A stretch of DNA of 64,000 nucleotides, taken from Carcharhinus amblyrhynchos (Eukaryota). Of the stretch, positions 13,701-28,700 are shown piece after piece. The translations under genes and the position numbers were made by a program. The stretch covers positions 28,024,001 through 28,088,000 of the forward strand of contig OZ336889.1 of the NCBI GenBank assembly GCA_965287045.1. The letters run 5' to 3'. The notes below the pieces were generated by a model. That model saw nothing but the letters and a program-made list of their open reading frames with translations, made no database searches and was not told where the DNA came from. The first letter of the stretch is position 1, and each line of letters begins with the position of its first letter.

Positions 13701-16700
13701 ACTTAGGCTGTACAGTATTTCCACGTCCTCAGTTAAAGGAATGTAGATTGCAGAGAGTCTGGAGAAATAGCATTTGTGATGGGTCCAAAAGATTTTGGAA
13801 TCTGGTTGAATTGGTTAACTTTGTCCAGAAGACCACTACCAAATGACTTCTAAGTACTAGCAGCTGTGAACTGGAATCCAAGGAGAAATCCCTGCTTATA
13901 ACACTTCCCCATTTCTGGATTCAGCAATTTGTTTTGTTCTTCTTTAAAGATCAAACAATAAACAGTGTTCATTAAAAAAAGACTCAATCACTTTGTACAG
14001 ATTTTAGCTCATGATTTCCATTTTTTTTTCAAACCAACATGTTCTTCTAACATCCAAGTTGTAAAGAAAGTCTCCACCAGCTACATATCCGAGTTGCTGT
14101 GCATAAGAATTAAATTCACTTCATCCTGTTTAAACTAAGGACCAATTTTATTTTTAAGATCACTTCCAGGATCAAATCCTTCAGCGTTCTTTCCAGGAGA
14201 TTCAGATTTAACACAAACCTTTTTTGCGCTGGTTCATTTTTCTGGTAGAAAAATCTTTAGTGGCTTTTAAACTTATACTGATGATCAACCAAGAAGGTTT
14301 CATATTCTTAACCAAGTCTATTCTGCTTTCCCTGCACCCACACTTAATTTGTGCATTAGCAGCAATTTCTTTTCTAGCAAGGGTGACTATACTTTCATTT
14401 TACATTCACGACCACATATTTCCTCACAGTCACGTTCTGATCACGTTTTCCCTGCATATTTAACTCAGGCAGATTAGCCTCACCTCCCAATAGTCTGATG
14501 CTCCTCTGTCCTTGAAATGTTAGCAGTTTGAATTTCTGACTCTGAACACATTTTTAGTTGAAACAGCAATTTTTATAATAAAGGTTACATAAAGTTGTGA
14601 ATTCTTTAAGACATTTGGCTTTTGTAGTGCAGCTACAATTTCAACAGACTGAATAGGTTTATGCTGGAGACAGTAATACAATAGCTTGGCTGAGATATTC
14701 GCTAATTAAAAACATCTTCATCACCAACAGGTAAATTAGGCACAACCCCCATAACTGAAGGGCCAGAAATTAAAGCAAATTTTAAATGAACTTTTACACA
14801 GGAAAGGGTAAACAACTTCTACTGGAACCATCTGTCAGTACTTTTTTTTTTGAAAAGCATTTTTTTCTGAAATGGCCTGTCATCTACTAACACCAATGAC
14901 TGGATCAATCCAGTATCTGTAAGAACAACTTGCTTGCTTACTTCACCAGACAGGAACGAGCATGTCACCTTCAAACAGAAAATTTCCATTATTTTACTGT
15001 GCACTACTCTCTCTTCTAGTGGTGAATACAGGTTTGTCAGCAGCATCACCCACTGGGACAATAGTTTCTGAAGGGACATTGCGCAATCTCACATATGTTA
15101 GTGACTTGTTTTTTAATTTCCAGCATTCATCCTTCACGTGTCCTTTTTAACCGGCAGAAACGCTGGCAGCATTTAGTCAACCTTGACTTCCAGACTGTGT
15201 GTTTCTATTCTGAGTCTGTTTCTTTCCCCAGGCCATTAACTTCACTGATCCAATCTCATCTCTCCAGTTTATATGCAAGTTCACAATAACTTGCTCCTAA
15301 CATGTGTTTAAGACAATTCCTCATTGTCCACCTTTGTTCCAGTTTCTCTTATCTTAATAACTTTATGCTCTTCCATGTGACACACGAGCAATGCCTCTCC
15401 AAGACTTTCAAAATCTCATGGAACATTCATAGACCCATCAAATATCAGTTTTTTTCCACTGGCAAATTCCATTAAAGTCCAACTTTATTTCTTTCATAAA
15501 TTTATATCTGTAAGCCTCTGGCACTTACTCATAGGCATTAAGATCCGCAGTTTCAATGTATCACAGTCATTATATTACATGTCAGTAAGAAATGAGCAAC
15601 AGTGTATGATCCATCTCAGCCTCCTTCAGTGGTCCCCAGCACTACAGATGTCAGTCTCCAGCCAGTTCGATTCGCTCATGTGATATCAAGAAACAATTGG
15701 AGGCATTGGATACAAAGGCAACGGGCCCTGACAACATTTCAGCAATAGTACGGAAGACTTGAGCTCTAGAACTTGTTGCTCCCCTATTCAAGCTCTTCCA
15801 TTTATAGTTACAACACTGGTATCTATTCGACAATGTGGAAGATTGCTTAGGTATGTCCTGTACACAAAAAGCAGGACAAATCAACCCAGCCAATTACCGC
15901 TCATCAATCTACTCTCGATCATCAGTAACATGATGGAAGGAATCATTAATAGTGTTACCAAGCAGCAACTGCTCAGTGACGCCCAATTTGCCAGGATCAC
16001 ACAGCTCGTGGACATTGCTGGCTGGCCAGCATTTATTACCCATCCCTAGTTGCCTTGGAGAAGGTGGTGGTGAGCTGCCTTGAATCGCTGCAGTCCACCT
16101 GCTGTGTTAACCACAATGCTGTTAAGGAGGGAATTCCAGGATTTTGACCCAATGACTGTGAAGGACTGGAACTCAGTCCTAAATGTCACCTTATAGTTGA
16201 ACACTTCTGATGGTTTGGCAGGTTATGTGGCACTGAATCATATCAACCAGATTCTAGTCTTGTTCCTGGTTTCATGGCGAATTAGTCAATTTGAGCCAAA
16301 TACCTTCTACTCATAAATTTGTAATGCCCAAAATTGATAAACCCAGCCAAGTCAAACAACATAATAAGTGTTAAACTTACAGTGGGATAATCTGCAGCCA
16401 ATTGATGTGCAAAGTATTCCTTCAGATGATGGGATTGCATTGGAATTGAACCATACTGCCTCCATTCCTAATGTAATCACAAAACAAAATACCAAAACAA
16501 ATCAGTTGAAAAAACTTTAAGACAAATATCATGCAGAAGACAAAATCAGCTCTGGAGCAAAATAAATCAGCTATCTGAACAGCTTTATTTCATTGCATAT
16601 TTCTTAACAAAGTATTTTAAATCAACCTCATGTCCTGAAGCAATAAAAATAGTCAGACTAGAACTTTCATAGCCTCATATTGATAGCCTTTTTCTGGTAG

Positions 16701-19700
16701 ACTTTCTTCAAAATTCTACTTTTCTAAAAAATTACGCTGTTGGTATAGTTTTAAATCTAAATACCTGGAATCTTGTTACACAGGAAGTAGTAAGAGAAAA
16801 TCACGACACTTATTATTTTGCAGGGGAACTAGGTCTATGGACTACCTATATGACATCTAACCCAGAGGCATCCAAATGTTCTCGGTATAAAAGTTTCAAA
16901 GCATAAAGACAGAGAAGAAAGGACTATCGGGAAGACACACAAACATTTGCTGAATGTTAACAGTGTTTGAAAAATTGAGGATATCGCCAGATTGGGATGC
17001 TCCATGATCAAAATGCCTAGTAGCACTCACCCAACCAGGCTGAAAAGATACCAATTAGTTGGCCAAAGCTTGGAAAACAAAAAATCTAGCATCAACCAAT
17101 ACATTTGAGGAAAAAAAACAGAAGAAATTGAAGGTGCGGTGGGGAACAGACTGGAACATATCAAGTAAAACATCAAGTGGGCATCACAGTAGCACAGTGG
17201 TTAGCACTGCTGCTTCACAGCTCCAGGGACCTGGGGTCTATTCCCGTTTTGGATTACTGTCTGTGTGGAGTTTGCACATTCTCCTCGTGTCTGCGTGGGT
17301 TTCCTCTGGGTGCTCCGGTTTCCTCCCACAGTCCAAAGATGTGCGGGTTAGGTTGATTGGCTATGCTAAAATTGCCCCTTCGTGTCCTGAGATGTGTAGA
17401 TTAGTGGGGAAAATATGTAGGGATATGGGAGTAGGGCACGGGTGGGATTGTGGTCGATGCAGACTCAATGGGCTGAATGACCTCTTTCTGCGCTGTAGGG
17501 TTTCTATGAAAATGCTTACATCCTGAATCCCTTTCGGAATGACAGCATTGAATCCTGCATAATCTATTAATTTGCTGGTATCATAGGATGGAGAATAAGT
17601 TTTTAGATGTTGTCTGTCATGTTCTGTTTCACTGTCACTTGGATCTATATATAAAAGAGAAAACTGTTAAAATATGCATATAACTACATGAGAATAAAGA
17701 CAGCAGCCACAACTTTTAGAACAAAAGTATGAGCTTTTCAGTTCATTTTAAGTTCGGTTGAAAATATTGGATCTTCCCCTCTTCTTTCTTCCCCTCCCAA
17801 AATAAAAACAAAAAAAATTGCTCATTCTCCTGACTAGGGCAAAAACTGTTTATTTCTTGTTTGCTGTTTGATAAAAATATGTAAATCATTTTGATTGGCT
17901 TTGGTCTTAATATGTGATTGAAATTTCCTAGCTAGCAGCACCATTTCCCTGGCGTTTCTAACAACGGAATTTCAAGCAGGAAGAATACAAAACTTGTATC
18001 TTGTCAGTCAGTGATGGCACTCTAATATGTTGCCAGATAGATTTCATGCTAGTGAAAATACTGATCCATTTTAACAACAAAACATTTTAATGGACAAAAA
18101 AAAACTCTGGAGTGGTTCAATAAACAGATTCATTGAGGTGAACAGCATATCTTTCAGTGGTGCAAAGTAATGAGTGCCAGACATAGATTCCTTGGTCAAT
18201 GAGAATATTGTGATGTATCAAGACAACTCTCTATGTATTAGCAGTAAAAACATACTCAGTTTCTTGCTACTCTCAATTCCCCCCCCCCCCACAAGTCTCC
18301 AAATTTTAGCTTTTGAATAATGCATTTTAAATGTTCAAATAGGGCAAATTTGGCATGAACAACAACACAAGGAACCCTTCAGCATATCCTGCAGCAAAAT
18401 GACTGGAGACATTGACCAGAATTCTACCGCCCTGCCTGCCATGGGAATTGGAGTGGGCAAGGGGAAGAGCCATTGACCTCACTTGGCCTGAGACTGGAAA
18501 CTCCCAACCATTAACTGGGTAAAGGTACCGTGGGGGTTTTCCCAAGTATGCAGTAAGTACAAACCAATTAAAAACACTAAACTACCACGTAGGGAAGAAA
18601 CAAAAAAGTCTCAATGCACCGAATATGAAATTATTAATCATACCACATGTAAATATTCAAAGTTTGTATTTGGAATATTTCACCTTTTCCATCATATAAA
18701 GCAAGCCCAGAATTCTCTTGTTGGGTCTCTAGCAACCATCCAGGTGGATAACCCAATCGACGCATCCGATAAATAAAAGGTGGAAGCGTTTCATCAGTCA
18801 TCCCCAGAGCTTCTTTAAGTTCTACACTGCAGAAACAATCAAGTTAAACAAAAAAAAATTTAATGCCATGAACAATAAATATTGGTAGTTGGGCAAGACT
18901 TCGTTCCAGATGACATTTACAATTTAATGGTTTAAAAGATATTTTTGTGCAAAATACAAAGATTTTAACTACAAAATTAACAAATAGATGCAGCTTACTG
19001 CACAGAATATTTTTTTTCAAAAAAGGTTGGAAAGTAGAATGACAGGCCATTTTTCAAGTGGCAACATTGCTGCAAAGGGGAATTACGGCAGTAATTCTGC
19101 TCAGCATATCTTGTGACAGTAGGGCTGTTAAGAACAGGGGACTGGGACTAATTGAATAACTCTTTCAAAAAGTTAGCACAAGAATGATGAGTCTGATAAC
19201 CTCCTTCTGTGCTATATAATTTTATGATAATGCAATCCATTGGTTTTATTTTACCTGATAACACCTGGTTTGAACTTTTCAAATCTCTCTGCGTGATACC
19301 GCTGTTGAGATCCTGAATGAGGTGAATCATTAGCCATCGTCATGAATTCTTTTCTTTTTTCGCTAATACGAGCAAGGTCACGTGGCTGTAAAGTCAATTG
19401 AAAGATATGAAGGTTAATTATTCATTGCAGTTAATAACATTTGTGTATGAAATGTCAAAATATGATTATTCAGGCTGCTCAAAATTTAAGTACGTATTTT
19501 AATGTGTTTATCAAAAATTCACAATAAGTTTCAATTTTACTTGCCTCTGTTTGAAGATCAGTCAATTTAAGGCGACTGCCTGTATATCTCCTGATTAGTT
19601 TTAATGACCTCCTCTCCTGACTTACATTGGAGTAAAGTTTTACATGTGCCAACAGATCTCAAGTAGCTCAAATGATGTTTCTTCACAATAATTCTTCACA

Positions 19701-22700
19701 AGTGTAAAAAAACTTATGAACAGGCAACCTTACAATGAAACTGACTGTACCCTCGCACCATTTCCACAGTATGCAGTTTCCAATGGGAGTTAATTGATAA
19801 CTGGGGAAGCAGTGGCATAGTGGTATTGTCACTTAACTAGTAATCCAGAGACCCAGGGCAATGCTCTGTGGACTCAGGTACAAAGCCCACCACGGCAGAT
19901 GATGAAATTTGAATTCAATAAAAATCAGGAATTTAAAAAAAATCCAACCACCATGAAATCATTGTCGATTGTTGCAAGAACCCACCCAGTTCACTAATGT
20001 CCTTTAGGGAAGGAACTTTGCCATCTTTACCCTGGTCTGGCGTACACGTAACTCCAGACCCACAGCAATGTGGTGACTTAGCCGCTCACTGAAATGGCCT
20101 GGCAAGCCACTTAGATCAAGGGCAATTAAGGATGGACAAGAAATGCTGGCCCAGCCAGCAACATCCACATCCCATGGGCAAATTAAAAAAAAAAATTGCC
20201 TATCCACCCAGAATAGAGTGGCAAATTGTAATATGCTTCTTACTTCAACTACTGCTGCAGAGAACAGAGGTCAAATTTAGGATCTTGCTGTTGCATACCA
20301 TACTTCCTTCCTCCTTAGCCTCCTTGTCTTGAGAGTCAATGGTGCATGCAAATTGATCACTGGAGTGACCTCTCCATGGCACATGCCTGGCAGGATAAAT
20401 ATGGGGTTGCTGGTTTGCCCCAAGTATCAGACCACCCCCACCCCCCCCCCTCCCCCCCCCTCAAAAAAGCATTTTTGATGCCAAGATATCCCAAATCCCT
20501 TCAAAACCAATTTGTAACAGCAAAGTTCCCACAAACAACAAATGAGAAATAAGCAATTAAACAGTGTTGATGGTGCTGGATGAAGGAGGACTGAAACAAG
20601 ACTGCTGGAAGAATTCTTGGCTCTTCTCTGAGCATTGCCGAGATCTAAGTTCAACATCTCATCCAGAAGACAGTACCTGTGGCAATGCAGCACTTCTTTG
20701 CAGCCTAGATTGTGCAGCCAGGTGCTGGAGTAGGGCTTGCACCCACAATTATTTTGACTCAAGAGATGGGCTTATTACCATTGAGTCAAGATGGTTAAGT
20801 ACAATTGCTTGAATAAGCTCATGTTTAGTTTTACTGTTAAACAGAGGAAAATACTAGGTCATATTCACAGAATTGCACGCCCTTGGCCTCTTAACGTCAA
20901 ACCAAATAAACAAACTCAAGTTAAATCAGGACAAAGTAAAAGGGGCAGCTCCCCAAAAGGAAGGGGAACAGCCCGAACAAAATCGAAGCGCAAAGGAAAC
21001 TTGAAAACGTCAACTTAAAATGTGATTATTAGGGTCAATGATGCACCCCAGCGAGATCAATTCCCATTGAAGAATAAGCAAACAATTTGTTGACTTCTGC
21101 ATGACCACGATGTGTGCAACTTGTCCATTTGGAACAAAATCTCATTACAAAGTTATGCTGATCTTACCTTTGGACAATCTTTTAACTGATGTTCCGTTGA
21201 ACCACAGTTGAAACAACAAGGTTTTGGCCTATTTGATACAAAATGTGTTTTTTCCCCAAGTTATTAATGTATTTCAATAAAAGAACATGTTTACTATCTT
21301 CTTCAATTATATAAATTTGAAGCCTGAATATCTATACGTACCTCTTAGCTTTCAATTCCACTTCTTGACCATCTAAGGATACAACTTGGGCGAAGACTTG
21401 CTGGTATCTTTACAGCGCATTCAGGAATTACTCATTTCCATAAACATCTACATTGTAAAATAAGCTTCCCGGCCTTATGTATGCCACCTCATTATAAGAT
21501 TTCCTCGTGCTCAATAACAGCAAGTTTATTTGCATTTTGCAAAGATGTGAATTGATTGGCTATAAGAACTGCAGAGCTATTAATTTGGGCATTTTCCTTG
21601 CTCTGCATATCTGGAACATGGAGCTGTCCTAAACTACTCCATCCTTCTGATCTGTGATAATTATCAAGATCAGTAAATAATATTATGCTTCGAAATTAAT
21701 GTTGGTAAAGCAAGAAAGACATGTCACCAGAACTTTTTGTCTTGCACTTATCAGAATACATGCAAGAATGCCAAATTTCAAACAATCACAACTTATACTT
21801 CAGGAGAAAAGGGAATGCACAATTGGATGGCATCTTTTCATGTTGTAGTATAAATTGTGATCGTTTGAAATTTGGTATTCTTGCATTTGTCCTGATGAAT
21901 GCATGACAAAAAGCTGTATTGTCTATTTCATGAGTTCTGCACATCACATTTTAACACTTGTTCCAAAACAGGCCATTTAAAACCCATCAAGAGTCCATGA
22001 AATTATGCACAGCAAAAAAAATTCTGTGCATTCTGTCATTAATGCATGGAGTAACACTTGTGTAGTGAGTCAAGATGGTCAAAAGAACTGCTAATATTAA
22101 TATCAAACTTTCACTGAATGTACTTGGGCTCTTGCACAATAAAACTAACAAATGTTTAAAACTAATAATCTGTGCCAAATACAAATTTATTTTTTGAAAA
22201 ATAAAAATTACTATTGTACATTTCATATAAATTCTAATTTTTCCCCCCATCTAGATCAGGAGCATTGCTTCAATAAAATGGTAAAACAGATTGGAAAACA
22301 TCTAATATCTATAAACAGCTGGAATTAATGTATTAAACTATATACATTTGGAAATTAACATCTGAACGTGACAAATATTTTACTCTCTACTCCCAACACA
22401 CGCTAACAGTTCACAGACATCCCCAAGATCTAGTATAAACGCAAACTGTTCTTTCATCCGTTCAGGGCCAATTCCAAAACCACGCCCAGAACTTTACCAC
22501 GCATTTGGCAACACATGTAATCTGTGCTCAACAACCACCATCTGGCCCTTTGATCGTTGGGACCTGTCTGTCTGGCTCCAGCATCTACAAACATTCTCTT
22601 GGAGAGTCCTCAGCCGTTGAGACACCCTCTCTTTGCAGTTACAGCATCATCACTGGCCACCCCTACAAAGTACACTGAATTGCTGGCCTCCTGTTAAGCT

Positions 22701-25700
22701 GGCAGCTCACGGGCTGCCCCTACAATTAAATTGGAATTGCAGCTCCTTAATTAGTTAGTACAAGAAGTATGCCTTCCTGAATTCTGCTGCCAGTTGTAGA
22801 GGGGTTGCCTCCATTTTGACTCCGGCAGCAGGACTTCAACTTTATTTTTGGCCTATCTTGCTACAATATACAATAAACAAGTCAACTGAAGTAGAAACTT
22901 TCCATTCAGTGTGCAGGATACTTGGGAATTTCCCATCCATCTGTCAGCTGTGGATTCTCATTTAGTAATGGCTGTCCGAGTTTGTCAAGGCAAAAGTTGG
23001 TGAAGTACTGAACGCTTCCCACAACCTGCATGAAACAAAAGTTACAAAAAAACTTTCCTAATATGTACTCATTTAGCAAAAAAACTAATGAGCGTTTGTT
23101 CAGCTATGATGTAATTGTCATATTAAAGTTTAAAGAATTCACTGTATATAGACATTATATATTATACATGTACACACACTTGTGTAGTAATCAAAAAGGG
23201 ACCTCATCAAATCATTGGGAAATAAAACAAATAATCTAATAATAATTATTCTGAAGTAACATACAATAAAAACTCTGAAGCAGACACCAAATCAGATTTA
23301 AAACCTGTATATTCCTTTACACTTGCTATATTTTTGAACTAAATTACCCAAATTGGAGGGCAAAAAGAAGTCAAAGTGCAAATACAGATACCAGATTTTA
23401 GTACAATGTTTGATGAACATCGAAAAGCTGATCTATGTTGGACTACAATATATTGTAAATTGCAATAGTACTACTGAAATATTTTTAGCATAAATTACCT
23501 GGCTCAATTTCAGGCAAGTACATTTTACAAATTACATTGTGTATTTACGTAAGTATTAATACAATATCAAAGCATAAGGGAATTTGGTATTTAATTATAT
23601 TCCTATGTCAATATGAGTCTAAGAAAGAAATGGAGGCTGGAAACAGTATACGAAATAAAATAATCTCAGTCAAGTTCAGTACAGTGCATCCAAGAATTAA
23701 TGTGCTTACAACAGAAAGGTGGTTCAGTATGCAATATCACACTGTACTGACTGCAAAAACTTTGTCATGAGAGGATCATTAGGATTGACATAAACTGGTT
23801 AACTTTATGATCAACACTAGAAAACCACCTAAAGGAAATGGAGGAAGATGCAATCCAGTCATCTATTTCATTAAACACAAGTGTTGGAGGAGGTACAATT
23901 CAATCCGGAATACCAATGCAGAAAGTCATGGGGTGGAAGGGTAGAAGCAGTCTCCACCCACACCCCATCCAGACTATATTTAGAAAAATAGTGGCACAGC
24001 AAAGATTAGGTGTTATCCCTACAGAAGTAACAGAAATCTGAAAGGGATCATCTCACAAAAGAATCTGGGAGCAGACAAGTTGTGGCCCCTTCAACTAACA
24101 GTGCTTAGTGCACAGATAAATTGTTCAAAACACTGACATTGGGAATGTCAGTGTAATGCCATGCCCTGTGTAAAATATTTCTCAAATTTCAATGATAATT
24201 TCCTAATGCAAATAGTTTAACGTATTGCGTAAATTTCTGTTCCTATATTTTAACATGTTTTCCAATCTGTTTGAAAACTTTAAATCTATTTAATAACTTT
24301 ATCAAAACTATCTGAAATAATTTCCTTGAATTTAGTAGCTCATATAATAAAACTAACTTTACATAAGTATAGGGATTAAGATCAGTTAAAATTGCTAATA
24401 AAGTTTTTTGAATGGCCAACACAAAATGAAAATATACAAGAAAACAATTCATGGTAAAATGTGCAAATGTCAGTTTTCAATAATTAAAATTAATTCAGAA
24501 GAGCTAAGAGCAATAGAAAATTAAATTATATGGGCTGGAATCGAAATAAATGTTTTGGCTATTTTGAAATAGGAGTATGATAAAGACTAGGTAAATCAAT
24601 CCAGCATTAAGCAACACAAGTGTTGAAGGTGTTGAGAAATGGTAGGCATATTGAATTCTTCTTCATAAATTAACACAAAAATACCGATACTGGAACTATT
24701 TTAGTTCTGATTCCAAGAGGCTAGTATTCAATAACTACCTGCTGGCACTGTAAGTATTCTTTCCTTATCTAGGTAGTAGACAAGCATATCCCGTCTACCA
24801 TAAGGATAAGGAAGCCAGTCTTAGCCATTTAACAGACAATCAACTCAAACATCGGTCTTCCAAAGTACAAACAAGGTACCAAAGTAACCTTATGTGCAAT
24901 TTTGGATTTAGCAATTAGTTCAGAAATTGATAAGAGATGTGACATATATATTGAATTAACAAGGTACGTTGGCCAGAAACATGACTTCTCAAACAAACTA
25001 GAGGGAACCACTAGTGTGGTTGTGATTAACGTTTTCAATAAGAGTTCTACAACAATAAGATCCGCATCCAAGGATTGGCGGATACCAAACTTTATTCTAG
25101 GATTGAAAAATAATATGAAACATGGGCCAGTAAATTATGGACTAAGTTAGCCCAAGTTTATTAGTGTCACAAGTAGGCTTACATAAGAACATAAGAAATA
25201 GGAGCAGGAGTAGGCCATCCAGCCCCTCGAGCCTGCCCCACCATTCAATAAGATCATGGCTGATCTGTCGCTGCTCAGTTCCACTTTCCCGCCCTCTCCC
25301 CATAACCCTTAATCCCCTCTCCTATCAAAAACCCATCAACCCGCGTCTTAAAAATATTTAGCGAGGCAGCCTCCACCACTTCAACGGGCAGAGAATTCCA
25401 GAGATTCACCACCCTTTGAGTGAAGAAGTTCCTCCTCAACTCCGTTCTAAACCGCCCCCTTTTTATCTTGAGGCTGTGCCCCCTAGTCCTATTGTCTTTT
25501 TTGAGCGGGAAGAGTCTTTCCACCTCTATCCTATCCATCCCATTCATCATCTTATATGTCTCAATGAGATCTCCCCTCATTCTTCTAAACTCTAACGAGT
25601 ACAAGCCCAGTTTATTCAGCCTCTCCTCATAGCTCAACCCCCTCAACTCCGGTATCAGCCTAGTAAACCTCCTCTGCACTCCCTCCAAGGCCAAAATATC

Positions 25701-28700
25701 TTTGCGCAGGTGCGGCGCCCAAAAATGCACACAGTACTCCAGTTGCGGCCTCACCAATGCCCTATACAGCTGCAGCAAGACCTCCCTACTTTTATATTCA
25801 ATCCCCCTCGCTATGAAGGCCAGCATCCCATTCGCCTTCCTGACCACCTGGGACATCCTCGGCCTCTTCCCTTACATGTACACTCTCCTTAACTTTAGAC
25901 CTCGTAAGGTCACCTACCCTCACACCCTCCCCCCCCGCTAATTAGTTTAAAGCCCTGTCTACAGTCCTCTTTACTCGATTCGCCAGCACTCTGGTCCCAG
26001 CACGGTTCAGACCAACCCCATCCCATTAACACTGCAATGAAGTTACTGTGAAAACCTCCCAATTCGCCACACTCTGGCGCCTTTTTGGGTACATTAGTAA
26101 TAAATGAACACGGTGGCGGGATGCTGTCAAATGTTTCTTTAAATATAGCAGACTTGGTACAAAAAAAAACAGGTGTCAGTAATTGGAAAAACAATGAAAT
26201 GCAAAGAAGATTGAAGATCTTCAGAAATCAATTCTGCTTTCCCTCCTGTTAACACTATTAAAATAACAAAGTTGATGACAATTCTTAGAATATAGAATTT
26301 ACACACAAGACTAAACTATATAACCAAGTCATGAGTCTGAATAGAGTAAGTACTGAACAATGCACAATTAAACAGGGAAAATGAATTATATAAACAAGAA
26401 GAGGTTCGGTTTTAAAATGAATAACAGTATAAATGAAAAAAATGATCATGCATTAAAAGGATAGGATCCATTTGTGGATGCTAAACAAAGCTAAGCAAAT
26501 ACCAAGTTGCATCTCGATGGTAGTTATCATGGCATTTCAATGCTATTTGATTATGTATCATGGCATCTCAATGGCATTTGATAACGATGCTACCTCATAC
26601 ATACGTCTGGCCGCACTGCCTCAAAACTAAAATCAGTATTTTACTAGAATCAGAGAAATGCAAGTGCTATTTCTGCAACTTAGTTGCAAAAGAGACTTAT
26701 TAAAAAAACAGCATGGAGTACGGTCCAATTTTTAATGCCAAGAGAGAATTTAGATGCAAGACTGAGCACAGAGCAAAGCACCTCGAGAACAAAGTTTTTA
26801 AGCTTCAAACAACTGACAAAAAAATTTCCCCGTCCATCCCATATATGAAAGATCACTGACATAGCAGTAGGTGCTGTGTTGCTTAGCTCCTGAATTTAAA
26901 AACTGATTCTCACCCAGTTAGCAACAATACTGAAAGCTTTAATTGTGTCTATAATAACCAAATAAGGAATTTAATAATTTAATAAATTATAAGGACCAGA
27001 GAGGCAACCACGATTGAACAATATAGAATGGACATTCAGATACTCTGAAGACCTGTTGAACTGCCCTTGCTGTTGGAGAAATTCCTTAGAACTTCTCCTC
27101 AGAAGATTAAGTAAATTTGAATATAATTCATCATCCATCTGATTGTCCAACAGGCCACTGAGCCATGAAAATGATTAGAACACATTGCACAAAAGCTCAG
27201 TCCCATCCTCATCTGGTACACAATGCATTAACAGAGATTACTAGATAACAAGTAGGTACAGGAATCTAACCCAGGTGCCAAGTACATCATTTAGCTGAGA
27301 TCAGCTAACTCAATCTGAGACCAAGAACGGAAGCAGCTCTGTCCCATAGCTTTGAACAATAGAAGTAAATATTGATAGTTGAACTTCCCACTTACATGAA
27401 ATGCTTCTTTTATTTTCTTTCCTGTACTTGAAGTTTTCACATTCAAGTGCTCTTCTAGCAGCACACTTGATGGCTGAAAATAAATTTATGTATTTTTACT
27501 TACAGATTTTAAAACAATTCTCTGAAAAAAGCTATTTTCTCATTTATTCACCTGAGGTTTCAAGTTAAATGATGTTTTTTCAGAGTCACTTTGTATTTCC
27601 CTTTCATATTTTTCAACTAAACCCGTGATGAAATCTTCAATTTCTTGATGAAACTGTCTGAAATTAAATTGGTGCACAAATCAGAATGGCTGGTGTCAAA
27701 CTGGAAAAACTGCAAAGGAAGAAGCAAAAAAACTTAAAAAAATGCTTAAAACTGAAACTTACTTTGAAATATTGTTGTTCATAAACAAGATCTGAACCAT
27801 TGGACCATCTGTTTTGGAGTCACTCACAACTATTTTACTGGCACAAATAAAGGTTAGAAGTTTAATGTAAACTTTCAGAACTTGAAGAATATGGAATCCA
27901 ATCCAAATTAACAATTTTCCCATGTAATCTTTTTACATTTCATAAATATGCCAAGCAATTGGTTCAAGTTCTATAGACTAGGGTTTATTAACATTTTAGA
28001 TAATGGTGGTACTTAAAGACTAGAAAAAAATTTGAATATGCACTGGCCAAATATTTCCACACAATCTATTTACATGTATAGAGATAACACTGTACACATT
28101 GGAAAATAATACATGATTTTGTGACTAAATGCTAAACTAATCAGTTTCAACTATTACATAAAACATTATGAAGGCATCATCTAGAGTTGTGTGAAACGTT
28201 AGGCTCTTAATATTAATGTTACCTTGGCTGGGTCAACAAGTTCAACTTCCTCTTCAGTTCTTGATGTTAGCCCATGGTTAAGGGAAAGACCATTACAGAC
28301 TGACAAGAAGCATTAAAGTTTGAACTTCTTAAAAAACAGTTTTCAAGAGCTCTGTGGACAGAACTAATACATTTAAGTACACTGAACTAGTTCTACATTA
28401 TTCAACCCATCTTTCTTTATGCACCAAATTATAATAGTTACACAATGTTATTTACTAAATAATGACCAGCAAGCTATAAAGTTTTTCCTTTTCTAAACTT
28501 CAAACTTGAATCACTAAGGTCCATACTGACATCTCACAGATTAAATGAAATGGTGCCTGCTAACATAATTCACATCATGTCAAAACACAATGTAAATTTG
28601 GACCTCATCACCAAGCATTTCCAATCATTTGTTTGAAATTGACAGAGATGTTTTTCAAAGTTTATTTATGAGTGTTACAAGTAGGTTTATATTAACACGA

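Noticed and set aside
17179-17260. tRNA-like A/B-box sequence (also at 19.8, 35.4, 40.4 and 45.6 kb)
   Set aside because: These are SINE heads continuing into SINE bodies, with no intact cloverleaf.
20431-20460. C-run tract (G-quadruplex potential on the ZCCHC8 sense strand); similar run near 18280
   Set aside because: Simple homopolymer tracts, error-prone in assemblies, with no further evidence of function.
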